A stretch of DNA of 63,257 nucleotides, filler included, from Nemertoderma westbladi (lineage: Eukaryota > Animalia > Xenacoelomorpha): assembly GCA_032718475.1 (NCBI GenBank). It is 3 parts of 3 records of this genome, joined end to end, with 100 filler letters (N's around TTAATTAATTAA, not from the genome) between each part and the next. Parts side by side here need not be neighbours in the genome. Positions count along the whole stretch, not along the records: positions 1 to 27,810 come from JAUCBJ010007846.1; 2 more parts are not named here. One strand, written 5' to 3'. Shown piece by piece: positions 12,654 through 24,400 of the stretch; the first letter of the stretch is position 1, and each line of letters opens with the position of its first letter. The notes beneath the pieces were generated by a model, which had not been told where the DNA came from, did no database searches, and saw only the letters and a program-made list of their open reading frames with translations. The translations under genes and the position numbers were made by a program.

Positions 12654-14175
12654 CCAACTGCCAGTTGATTATATACATAATTGGTCTGCGTTTGTGGGCT
12701 TACATCAGCTATATAGTTACGTTATACAAGAAATATGGTTGCTTTATTGGTAAATATCACAGTTTCATTATTATTCAGTTAATTACGTTTTTTATTTGTA
12801 CTCAGTCAGACACTTGATTTGGAATTGGAATATAATTAGCAAATGCAGCTTTATTATTGCAACTATTGGAACCGAAATTCGTTTATTTATCAAATGTTAT
12901 TTTATTATTGTTCAATTATATAACATTGTTAAACAACCAATTTCAGTCAGAATTAAAATTTATGCATAAAATGTAATTAAAAGCCCTTCATATAAAGTTT
13001 ATAAAATATTAACAAAGTAAGTATGATGTATTGATAAATTATATCCGCCCCCGAATATTAGAAAATAAGAAATTAGAGTAATTAATTAATTTCTTAGTTT
13101 CATAAATTAATATATTATATATATATATATATACAAGGGGAGCCTATCGTTAAATCGTGCTTTATGTGTTCTTTATATTTATCATTTATATGTTTGCTAA
13201 TAATGATATTTTAATTAATTAATTGTAATATATTAATAAATATAAACATTCATTTACATTTTTATATTCTCTGTGATTGTCTTGTCTAGATTCTGTATTT
13301 GATTTATGATTATAACACTAGAATGCCCGAAAATATTACTATTCTAGAATGGCTGTGGTATCGAAAACGACACCGTCACCTATTATATTACTTATTTCAT
13401 CTAATTATAATATGCTAGATCATTAGTATCATCGATCATAGTGTCATAGTAACATTTCAAATTTTAAAATTGACAGCGTTGTAGGTGCATACTGCATGAA
13501 AATTACAAGTAAAAGTTCTCAAAATTGTAAGATATTGCATTTCCCATGTGCTTCCACATGTTTTGGGGGGTAGTGAGTTGGATACTGTAGGATAACAATC
13601 CATTATATAGTTACCCAGTTACCATGGCACACAACGGTGCGTAATTTCTACACCCTTTAAAGTACCGGGAAACTGATTAAACTGATTACCTGCTTCGCTA
13701 AAGCCTATTGTGAAAGTGGAAGCGGTTGAGGTGATGTATCCCTGCTGAGACACAATAGTTACCTGATATTGTATAAACCTGTATACCCAGATACCAAACC
13801 ACCGATTACTGATTAGTTTATTTCAGAGAGCACCAAAAATGATGGTTGCGTTACCAGGAATGATTTTTAACGAGTTGTATCAGCGACCTTGAAAACCAGT
13901 ATAGCTTCAGAATAACCAAACCAAAGGCAAAATTTAGCAGTTTATAATATTGTGCTACTTGTACTTTTCGTCCTGGGGGACCACCAAAATAGCACCAAAA
14001 ATGATGGTTACATTGCCAGAAAATATTTTTAAAAAGTTTTATCGTGATCAACGACCTCGAAAACCCTTATGCCATCGAAATTATAATTTTTCAGCCAAAA
14101 TAACTAAACAATTTCTAAAATGAGCCCCCGGGCCAATTAAAAACGTCAAAGTATAACTGACAGCCAAACAGACAA

Positions 14176-14576
14176 TAGGGTTGGTGCGCGCAAAAATTGT
14201 TGGACTAGAAATAACTGCTGTTTCGCGTAGCGCCTTAGAGTACAACCCCTATGTAATTTCGGCGCTTTATTAATAATTATATTATTTTTATTATTATTAT
14301 TAATCGAATAAGAGGTAACAAGGTGCCTTGAATCGAGTGGCGGGGAGTGTTTTTTGAACAAAACAATATATGAAATTATCTGAGCACTGCGTAGTGACGT
14401 CAAATATGTAGCAGCCAATCACAACCGATTTTCAAATTTGGCTTCCCGGGCTTACTTTAACCCGCAATTTCGACAGTTTCCACGTGTTTTTACACAAAAC
14501 ACACCCCGCCACTCGATTCAGTGCACCTTGTTACCCCTTATTTCAAGCCCAACAATTTTTTCGCACACCAGCCCTA
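14176..14576. mobile_element. MITE-like element with ~38-bp imperfect TIRs (outer)
   Basis: TAGGGTTGGTGCGCGCAAAAATTGTTGGACTAGAAA vs reverse complement of right end TAGGGCTGGTGTGCGAAAAAATTGTTGGGCTTGAAA. Confidence 0.7.
14312..14537. mobile_element. MITE with ~50-bp TIRs nested in the outer element
   Basis: GAGGTAACAAGGTGCCTTGAATCGAGTGGCGGGGAGTGT vs reverse complement GGGGTAACAAGGTGCACTGAATCGAGTGGCGGGGTGTGT; flanked by TAA and TTA. Confidence 0.75.
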
Positions 14577-14847
14577 TTTGGAAGTCATAAAATGTAAAAT
14601 CTGACACTCGAAATGAATTCTGCGACCAGGAAAACCTCCATTACTCAACTTTTAGCTAGATGGTGTGCCCTTTTCTTATATTTAATGGACAGATTGTCGG
14701 ATAGTCAGAATGACCGACAGACAGACAAACAGATTAACTAGATTTTCATACAAGTGAAATCTGACTTCAGAAATGAAATCAGCGACCACGAATACTCCCA
14801 TGGCAATAGTATTAGCTTGGTTTTGTGGTTTCGTATTGCTATATATA

Positions 14848-15586
14848 CATGACCTACTAAAGATACGACCCTCCAAGCTCCTAAATTTAGTGGGGTAGTT
14901 ATTTACCTTAGTTATAATCCCTGAAACAATAGGTCCACGGCGTCGAAAGTACCTGGCCCTAACTAAAATTATGTGCTTTTCTCTTTCGTAAAATTTAATA
15001 GCTCCAGTAGTTTTCGAGATATCTGGCGTTTTTGGGACCCATACCATATCAACACCTTTCGGAAATGATCGAATTACTCACCCTTCAAAGACTTCGGACT
15101 GTATAAACATTAAACCATACTATGGTTTTTTGGTTTGTTGAATTCATGATTTAGTAATCGAAAGCGAGATTAGAAGCAAAATGTTTCTTTTATTTTTTAA
15201 AATATACTAAAATAGCACCAAAAGTGGAAGTACCTGTAGTTTGAAATTTTTAGACAGTGTTAAATTGAAGTGTTAAGTGTTAAATTTGCCGTACAGTTTG
15301 GCTACTGACGTTTTAGAATGTGCTGATTTAATTGGCAAGGTTTATTCCTCTACATCAAACATATCGAAGAGTTGAGTAATATAACAACATAGTGTAGGCA
15401 TGTAGTTGTTGTATTAGTTATTTTATTAGTCATGTCTCATCTGAAAGAGGCCGTAATTTTATTTAGGGACTGTGCTTTCGACGCGCTAGACCTATTGTTT
15501 CAGGGATTCTATGTAAGAAAATAACTGGCCCTAATTTTATGGGCTTTGCAGCAGCTTGGTGGGTCGTATCTATAGTTTAGGTCATG
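14848..15586. mobile_element. MITE/foldback element with ~130-bp imperfect TIRs
   Basis: CATGACCTA..AGATACGACCC..CCAAGCT..ATCCCTGAAACAATAGGTC..CGTCGAAAG at the left end is mirrored at ~15452-15586. Confidence 0.75.
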
Positions 15587-16200
15587 ATATACTGTATATA
15601 TTGACAGACATTCTCACATATTAAGAGACAAAGTTTGCCCGGAAGGTTCAAATTTAAAGGTAATTACCACGGAATTGTATATTTTCATTTTAAAAAAAAA
15701 TGAACTTTTTTCCTCCGCCATTTTTCAACCAATTGGTAAGTTTTTGGGTTTTAGTTTTTTGTAAGCACTAATGTGCGCAATAATAAAATTCGAGCAGTTT
15801 TTTTAGTTTTGCAATTGTTGATCTGTTATTACATTTTTTACGAAAAAAACAGTGCTTTTTTGAAAATTATTTTGAAAAATAGCGGTAATTTCCATGAGAA
15901 GTACGAAACAAAAATTCTGCTCGAATTTTTTCACGTAGTCGACCATGCTGATTCCAAAAAAGGTTACAACTTCTGAAAATGAAGCATATTATGAAAGGTG
16001 ATGTATTTTAAATCAAAAATGCAAATTTTGCCTCTGGCCGCTAAGGGGCGTTAAAATGGATAGAGTGGGAATATATACTGTAGTGCAATATATTGGGAAT
16101 AATACCAGGTCCCATGTGCCGCGGGGGGGGGGGGGGGGGGGGGGTAGTTCCATTGTTTGGGAGCTGTAGAACCATTGACCAAGTTTGGGAAGCTTTTGGA

Positions 16201-16754
16201 AGCAAAAAAAGACATAGAAGTTAGGAAAGCAAATAAGGCATGGGTAGCTCTATCAATAATGGATACCATCTGGAAATCAGATCTCTCCAGGCACCTGAAG
16301 ACTAAGTTATTTCGAGTCACAGTGGAAAGTGTAGGCCTACGTTTATACGGGGGTGAGACCTGGACACTGATGAATTCACCTCAACAACGAATTGGTGGTT
16401 GCTACACAAGACTACTTATGGCAGACCTAAACATCAGCTGGAGACAACACATGACAAATGCCGAGCTTTAGGGTACAATACCACCTGTATCAACCACATT
16501 CCGTGAACGCAGATTAAGATTCAGTGGGCACTGCCGGAGAAGTAAAGACGAGGTCATACCAGATCAACTATCTTTTCTATCCAATACATGGAAAGCGTAG
16601 CCGTGGTGGACGACCGGCTATAACAAATATAGATCAGCTTGGAAGGGATACTGAACTTGGGAGAAACGAAATTGCGACAACTATGGAGAATCGGGAAGCC
16701 TGAAAGGATCTCATTTCCACTGTTCGAGTTCGCTCGACCTAGTAGTAGTAGTAG
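16201..16754 (+). mobile_element. RTE-like LINE family B, 5'-truncated decayed copy
   Basis: Matches reverse complement of 2959-3495; (TAG)5 tail; imperfect TSD (TTTGGGAAGCTTT / TTGTGGAAGCTTT). Confidence 0.9.
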
Positions 16755-16979
16755 TTGTGGAAGCTTTGCCCCATGTTTGTGGGACCTTTTAAAATAATGT
16801 GTGGAAGTTTTTACCCTGGGAAAGTGGAACCTGGGGAATGACTTTGACATGCAACTTGAACGAACAATCCCACATTTTCCAAGTTTTACAAGTACCACAT
16901 AACCACACTTACCCAAACACAAACTTCTTCAAACAAATCAGGTCCAAGCTCGTATGAATGCTTCTCAATGAAGGTAGCT

Positions 16980-17420
16980 GATGAGTCAGTCCAACATCAC
17001 AGTCTCTCACACAGATGTTAATATAATATCAATGAAACTATCTAGCGTAGTGGACAACGTATACAACTGGGCAATCGATAATTAGCTCAGCATTAATTTC
17101 AAGAAAACTGAGTGCATACTTTTCGGCTCGCATCAATAACTGGCCGTGGCCAACAACCTATCGGTTACATGTTCTGGAATTCCTATTCCACAAAAAACAG
17201 CAGTAAAATACCTTTGGCTGTCACTTAGAGGGGGACCTTTCCGGGAACACGGCCGGAATCCGCATTCACATCACCGCGGGTCACTATAAGGCACATCAAA
17301 GGGCAGTCGGTGTTTCTCCTATGGGTCCGAAGCTATGGAACTCCCTGCCGAAGGATAGAAAACGTAGCCTTTCGATAAACGCCTTCAAGCACTCAGTGAA
17401 ATCGCACTATCCCGAACAAT
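16980..17420 (+). mobile_element. Decayed CR1/L2-group LINE 3' fragment
   Basis: Remnant translations LSINFKKTECILFGS, VKYL and GPKLWNSLP...FK typical of the RT C-terminal region; multiple stops. Confidence 0.6.
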
Positions 17421-18149
17421 TTCTAGTTTTTTCTAGTAATTTCTAGTTTTTTTTTTCGAGTTTTTTAATTTACTTTTCTTTTTTGAAACCATAGTACAGA
17501 CTACACTTTATAATATTTTTATATACTGTATCAAGATACCATATAATTATTTTTACTAAATATTTTTAGATACGAACTCAGTTTACTTATATTACTATTT
17601 AATTAAAGTGGTCCTGCATTATTAATTATTATTTTTGAATAAATTAATTTTTTTATATTTTAAATGTGATTTTTGCTATCCTCATACGTTTTAGTGTGTT
17701 TTTACTTTTAACAATACCGCATGTTGCAATGTTTTTAGACTATATACAGTACATATTATATTTTGCTGTGCTTTTTGCTATATTTGTACGTTTTTACTGC
17801 CAATCTACTGTACATTACTGCGTTTTTAGACTACAGCCTACTGTACATAATATTTTGATGTGATTTTGCCATTCTACTGCGTGTAGGGTGGTTGGGGTGG
17901 TTAATATCTCAAAATAATGGTGTATAAATATTATCTTAGCTAACTAACGGTGTGTGAACGTACATTTTTATCTTATACATATGTTTTAATGCGTCATTAA
18001 ATAAACTTCAAACCTTTAACAGGGAATCCCCCTTCGTGTATTTATTGTGTAAACGCCATGTTTTGTATAAACATATTTCAAAATACACTATACTTGTTTA
18101 TTCCGCTACGTGTCTCAAACAATTTCGTTCTCAATATTCATTCATAATT

Positions 18150-18500
18150 GAATGTGATTGGTCGGTGTTAGTTGGGTGCGGCTGGTTTATTGGTCCGTGA
18201 CCGACCGACAGTATAGGCAAGAAGTAGTGTCATGAAAGTTGATTGATTCATAGCAAGGCGTTCCGTAACGTATCGTAATGTAAGTAAAGTAACCGTATTC
18301 CAGTATTGCAGTATTTTCGTTTTTACATTCAGTACAGTATAGTATGCATGCACAGTCAGTAGTCTAGTCAGATAGTAGTACCGGTTGTCTGGTAGTAAAG
18401 TAAACTGTAGTCTGTAGTGTAGTACAGTACACAGTAGTAGCCTAGTCTTCAGGTCTTAGTCTTGTTCTTGTATTCTACTCTGTACTCCCACCGGAAGTAA
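18150..18500 (+). promoter_or_regulatory. Putative promoter / first non-coding exon upstream of sarcoglycan
   Basis: Two ATTGG boxes (~18157, ~18189), a GTAAGT donor-like site at 18281, ETS-like CCGGAAGT at ~18492, locally CpG-rich. Link to sarcoglycan is inferred from position only. Confidence 0.3.
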
Positions 18501-19610
18501 TTTTATTGCAATAATATTAATTTTTTCGCAATAATTTCTGAATTTTATCGCGATAATATTCATTTTTTTGCAATAGCCAATAATCAGTTACCGGTAGTGG
18601 TTAGTGAACGGTACCGGTTGCGGTTGCCGGTACCTGAATAACGACACAATATTGTGTGTACGGCAGTAGGTACGGAATACGAGTACGACGTACTGCTGTT
18701 CTGTAGCCTACTCATGTACTCATGTTCGTTACCACCTGCACACTGCACCACCTACTGGCAAGGGCCTCCCATATGCCTTGCCTATTGCTGTATCAGTGTA
18801 TTGCAGTATTGCCATGGGAAATGAGTAATATTTACACGGGCGTGTTGGTGTTACATATTAATTCCAATATCTCGGCAGTTCGGCAAAACTGGTACCGGTA
18901 ACTAGAAGTCGCATCAAATTTTTAAATATTTAAAAAATTTCACGATAGGCTAAGGCTATAAGCCTATTAAGGTAACTGTTGTAAAAATTATACAATTCCA
19001 CTGCAAGAAAATTTCATAATTTCCATTAAGATTTTAAGATTTAATCATTTAAGATTTTTCACATAATAAAATTATGATTGCTCTATTGATTTTAGGTGTA
19101 ATTTATTTATTTGTTTTAGTTTAAAAACTACAATAGTTTTTAATAATAGGATATGGGTTTTTGAGGTCGAAAAATCTGTTGGGCGAGGTTACATCCACCC
19201 GTTTAGTAGATATGTTGTGTAAATAATAAGCTCCCTGCTGCCCTGTACTGCTGTAGGCCTAATAAAAAGGTAATATAGAATTTAAAGAAATTGGTTTAGA
19301 TGAATTGGGAATTTGTTATGGGTTGACCCCCCTTTTTGGCTAGATTGACTCACCCAATCCAATAATCAGTCTATAATTCTGTAGTACAGCGTACTTTTGT
19401 CTTCTGATATTTGGTAACCCAGTCTGCCAGTAACCTACTTCTATTTTTGTATCCTGGTAGTGGTATCACTATTTGGTATTGCAGTATTGGTACGGTGTCT
19501 TGGCCTATTAATTCTGTGATATTGTTCAGTTGGTTACTAATTATAATTGATACATAAAGCTGCAATCTAACTGGCTTCTCAGCTTCTAGGAGTCGCACTA
19601 CCTTGTTTGG

Positions 19611-19982
19611 GGAACAAGTGAAAACGTACGGTACCCTGGTTAAAACGTACCCGAATACTGGGTACGTTTTAACAATGATGCATTGGGTACGTTTTTTGTA
19701 GGCATAGTACAAAAATAAATAGCAAAAATAAACTGTAAACTATGCTATTTACTCTCGTTTATTATTTTGGTTAGATTAATTCGTCCTGTCGTCACTGTAA
19801 CCTGTTCCTTTCCCTTTAAATCTCCGGAACTGACGATATTGATTGGTTGTAGGAAGTTTTGTTAGGATGACTATGATGTCTTGTGGGCCCCTAAGTTAAA
19901 ACGTACCCGAAATATGGGTACGATATTTGTATTGATCGGGTACGTCTGTACGTTTTAACCGAGGAACGTTTTGACAGTAACC
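19611..19982. mobile_element. MITE with subterminal AAAACGTACCC repeats
   Basis: Left GGAACAAGTGAAAACGTA...GGTTAAAACGTACCC vs right-end reverse complement GGTTACTGTCAAAACGTTCCTCGGTTAAAACGTAC; motif repeated in both orientations. Confidence 0.7.
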
Positions 19983-20158
19983 GTTTGCACAATGGTTTGT
20001 TTGCCGTGTGCCCTGCAGCCCTGACAGGTTGACGCTGCCATCAAGTGCCTGGCTTCTTGATTCTGTGTTGCCAGTCAACAGTTTGGTTATATTTATGGTT
20101 AGGGATACCACCGGTTTATTATTATTATAATGCGGTTTAATATCATAAAGGTGCAGCT

Positions 20159-21076
20159 ATGATGATAAACAGTCGAACTCAGTTACAACAAAATTCGAGT
20201 TACGACCCCATCCACCACCTTGGATCTAGCGTGACGTCACCGGGCAGCGACATCACGCCCCGTTGCCAACAGGAACCCCTGCTGGTCTACCGAGTGGGGA
20301 TCTACGGATGGCGTAAACGTTGTCTCTATCTGTTCATCCTGTTCCTAACGGTCCTCGGAATAATCAATCTATCGCTGACTATATGGATTCTACGGGTGAT
20401 GAACTTCACCGTGGACGGAATGGGCGGGTTGACTATCACCGAGGGTGGCGTACGAGTGGGCGGGAAAGCCGAATTCCTCCAACCAATGTACACAAAACAT
20501 TTGGGATCCCCAAACGAGCCGCTAATAATCGATTCCGCCCAATCCATATCCATTCGATCCCGCAACCAAACTAACTCATCTCGAGAAACTCTAACTTCCC
20601 TCGAACTAACAGCGGACGGACAATGTTCTATTGTAGCGGACGGTTTGACTGTGACGTCACGCGATGGAACCCCGTTGCTACGGACCACGCCTTCCGGGAC
20701 TAGTATCGCCTCTCGTGACGTCACAGTAACCGGTTCCCAAGGAATACGCCTCGAAGGACCGATTCTAGCGGAATCCGTCACCTCCGGAACCGAACTAATT
20801 ATCGAGTCGATGACGAGTTCTTTAAGTCTCGAAGCTCCATCGATCGATGTTTCTTCCCTCGCCGGTTCGGTTTCGGCTACCAGTAGATCCGGTATCTCGC
20901 TGACCTCCGAGACCGGGTCTATTCTACTGGACAGCGAGTCTCTTATACTCCGCCTGCCGGACAGCGAGTTGTTGGGCTCCGGTGTGTACGAGGTCTGTGT
21001 GTGCGACTCCGGTCGGCTGTACCTCACTGATGCCACCGCCGGTAGTTGCGACCCCAGTATGTGTGAGGAGGGCTGA
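20159..21076 (+). CDS. Gamma/delta/zeta-type sarcoglycan, single coding exon
   Basis: 305 aa with VYRVGIYGWRKRCLY, a TM helix, WILRVMNFTVDGMG and C-terminal YEVCVCDSGRLYL...C; AATAAA at 21409. Confidence 0.95.
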   Translation: MMINSRTQLQQNSSYDPIHHLGSSVTSPGSDITPRCQQEPLLVYRVGIYGWRKRCLYLFILFLTVLGIINLSLTIWILRVMNFTVDGMGGLTITEGGVRVGGKAEFLQPMYTKHLGSPNEPLIIDSAQSISIRSRNQTNSSRETLTSLELTADGQCSIVADGLTVTSRDGTPLLRTTPSGTSIASRDVTVTGSQGIRLEGPILAESVTSGTELIIESMTSSLSLEAPSIDVSSLAGSVSATSRSGISLTSETGSILLDSESLILRLPDSELLGSGVYEVCVCDSGRLYLTDATAGSCDPSMCEEG

Positions 21077-21487
21077 AGGCAGCCCTGTAGGGATCCGCTG
21101 AATGGGACGCAGTTTAACTTCTATTCACCTTGATTTTACTATATTTTAACACATCCGTTTTCTATTTTTTAATATGAAGGAGACTTTGACCACAAATTTG
21201 ACAAAAGTACGATTTGTAGGATTTGGTTGTCTGATAAAATGAATGGACAACTCAACGCACGGCGCTGAATGTCAGAAATCCCTCCAACTGAAACCATTGA
21301 CCTAGTTTTTATTTTATAACATTGAATTATTGATCATTGAACTATATTTTATCTGAATATTTTTAAATATTTAAATCTCTTTTATTAAAAATAATTAATC
21401 AATTAAAGAATAAATTATTAAAATATTAATTAAAATTCGCTAGGATACTGTGTAACGCGATACAGATGGCCATTAACACGTTTTACA

Positions 21488-24400
21488 TTGGAGACCTCAC
21501 TAGTCACTAGGGTGTATCCGTGTATCTGTTGGAGACACTCACTATGGTGTATCCGTGTATCTGTTGGAGACACTCACTAGGGTGTATCCGTGTATCTGTT
21601 GGAGACACTCACTAGGGTGTATCCGTGTATCTGTTGGAGACACTCACTAGGGTGTATCCGTGTATCTGTTGGAGACACTCACTAGGGTGTATCCGTGTAT
21701 CTGTTGGAGACACTCACTAGGGTGTATCCGTGTATCTGTTGGAGACACTCACTAGGGTGTATCCGTGTATCTGTTGGAGACACTCACTTGTCACTACTCA
21801 CTAGGGTGTGTCCGTGTATCTGTTGGAGACACTCACTAGTCACTAGGGTGTATCCGTGTATCTGTTGGAGACACTCACTAGTCACTAGGGTGTATCCGTG
21901 TATCTGTTGGGACACTCACTAGTCACTAGGGTGTATCCGTGTATCTGTTGGAGACACTCACTAGGGTGTATCCGTGTATCTGTTGGAGACACTCACTAGG
22001 GTGAATCCGTGTATCTGTTGGAGACACTCACTAGGGTGTATCCGTGTATCTGTTGGAGACACTCACTAGGGTGTATCCGTGTATCTGTTGGAGACACTCA
22101 CTAGGGTGTATCCGTGTATCTGTTGGAGACACTCACTAGGGTGTATCCGTGTATCTGTTGGAGACACTCACTACTCACTAGGGTGTATCCGTGTATCTGT
22201 TGGAGACACTCACTAGGGTGTATCCGTGTATCTGTTGGAGACACTCACTAGGGTGTATCCGTGTATCTGTTGGAGACACTCACTAGGGTGTATCCGTGTA
22301 TCTGTTGGAGACACTCAACTAGGGTGTATCCGTGTATCTGTTGGAGACACTCACTAGGGTGTATCCGTGTATCTGTTGGAGACACTCACTAGGGTGTATC
22401 CGTGTATCTATTGGAGACACTCACTAGGGTGTATCCGTGTATCTGTTGGAGACACTCACTATCATAGGGTGTATCCGTGTATCTGTTGGAGACACTCACT
22501 AGTCACTAGGGTGTATCCGTGTATCTGTTGGAGACACTCACTAGGGTGTATCCGTGTATCTGTTGGAGACACTCACTAGGGTGTATCCGTGTATCTGTTG
22601 GAGACACTCACTAGGGTGTATCCGTGTATCTGTTGGAGACACTCACTAGGGTGTATCCGTGTATCTGTTGGAGACACTCACTAGGGTGTATCCGTGTATC
22701 TGTTGGAGACACTCACTAGGGTGTATCCGTGTATCTGTTGGAGACACTCACTAGGGTGTATCCGTGTATCTGTTGGAGACACTCACTAGGGTGTATCCGT
22801 GTATCTGTTGGAGACACTCACTGAGGGTGTATCCGTGTATCTGTTGGAGACACTCACTAGTCACTAGGGTGTATCCGTGTATCTGTTGGAGACACTCACT
22901 AGTCACTAGGGTGTATCCGTGTATCTGTTGGAGACACTCACTAGGGTGTATCCGTGTATCTGTTGGAGACACTCACTAGGGTGTATCCGTGTATCTGTTG
23001 GAGACACTCACTAGGGTGTATCCGTGTATCTGTTGGAGACACTCACTAGGGTGTATCCGTGTATCTGTTGGAGACACTCACTAGGGTGTATCCGTGTATC
23101 TGTTGGAGACACTCACTAGGGTGTATCCGTGTATCTGTTGGAGACACTCACTAGTCACTAGGGTGTATCCGTGTATCTGTTGGAGACACTCACTAGGGTG
23201 TATCCGTGTATCTGTTGGAGACACTCACTAGGGTGTATCCGTGTATCTATTGGAGACACTCACTAGGGTGTATCCGTGTATCTGTTGGAGACACTCACAT
23301 AGGGTGTATCCGTGTATCTGTTGGAGACACTCACTAGGGTGTATCCGTGTATCTGTTGGAGACACTCACTAGGGTGTATCCGTGTATCTGTTGGAGACAC
23401 TCACTAGGGTGTATCCGTGTATCTGTTGGAGACACTCACTACTCACTAGGGTGTATCCGTGTATCTGTTGGAGACACTCACTAGGGTGTATCCGTGTATC
23501 TGTTGGAGACACTCACTAGTCACTAGGGTGTATCCGTGTATCTGTTGGAGACACTCACTAGGGTGTATCCGTGTATCTGTTGGAGACACTCACTAGGGTG
23601 TATCCGTGTATCTGTTGGAGACACTCACTAGGGTGTATCCGTGTATCTGTTGGAGACACTCACTAGGGTGTATCCGTGTATCTGTTGGAGACACTCACTA
23701 GGGTGTATCCGTGTATCTGTTGGAGACACTCACTACTCACTAGGGTGTATCCGTGTATCTGTTGGAGACACTCACTAGGGTGTATCCGTGTATCTGTTGG
23801 AGACACTCACTAGGGTGTATCCGTGTATCTGTTGGAGACACTCACTACTCACTAGGGTGTATCCGTGTATCTGTTGGAGACACTCACTAGGGTGTATCCG
23901 TGTATCTGTTGGAGACACTCACTAGGGTGTATCCGTGTATCTGTTGGAGACACTCACTAGGGTGTATCCGTGTATCTGTTGGAGACACTCACTAGTCACT
24001 AGGGTGTATCCGTGTATCTGTTGGAGACACTCACTAGGGTGTATCCTTGTATCTGTTGGAGACACTCACTAGGGTGTATCCGTGTATCTGTTGGAGACAC
24101 TCACTGACTAGGGTGTATCCGTGTATCTGTTGGAGACACTCACTAGGGTGTATCCGTGTATCTGTTGGAGACACTCACTAGTCACTAGGGTGTATCCGTG
24201 TATCTGTTGGAGACACTCACTAGGGTGTATCCTTGTATCTGTTGGAGACACTCACTAGTCACTAGGGTGTGTCCGTGTATCTGTTGGAGACACTCACTAG
24301 TCACTAGGGTGTATCCGTGTATCTGTTGGAGACACTCACTAGGGTGTATCCGTGTATCTGTTGGAGACACTCACTAGGGTGTATCCGTGTATCTGTTGGA

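Larger units (their letters stand above)
13675..14830. mobile_element. Decayed non-autonomous repeat, Helentron/HINE-like (tentative)
   Basis: Recurrent modules (CAGCGACC..GAAAACC, GCACCAAAAATGATGGTT), a (GACA)n microsatellite near 14715 and a 5' hairpin CTGCTTC...GAAGCGG; interrupted by MITEs. Confidence 0.35.

Noticed and set aside
16121-16144. Poly-G tracts (also 5639-5657)
   Set aside because: Simple homopolymers with unreliable length and no other support.
20326-21036. 236-aa antisense ORF over sarcoglycan
   Set aside because: Shadow of a GC-rich sense CDS with no recognisable motif.
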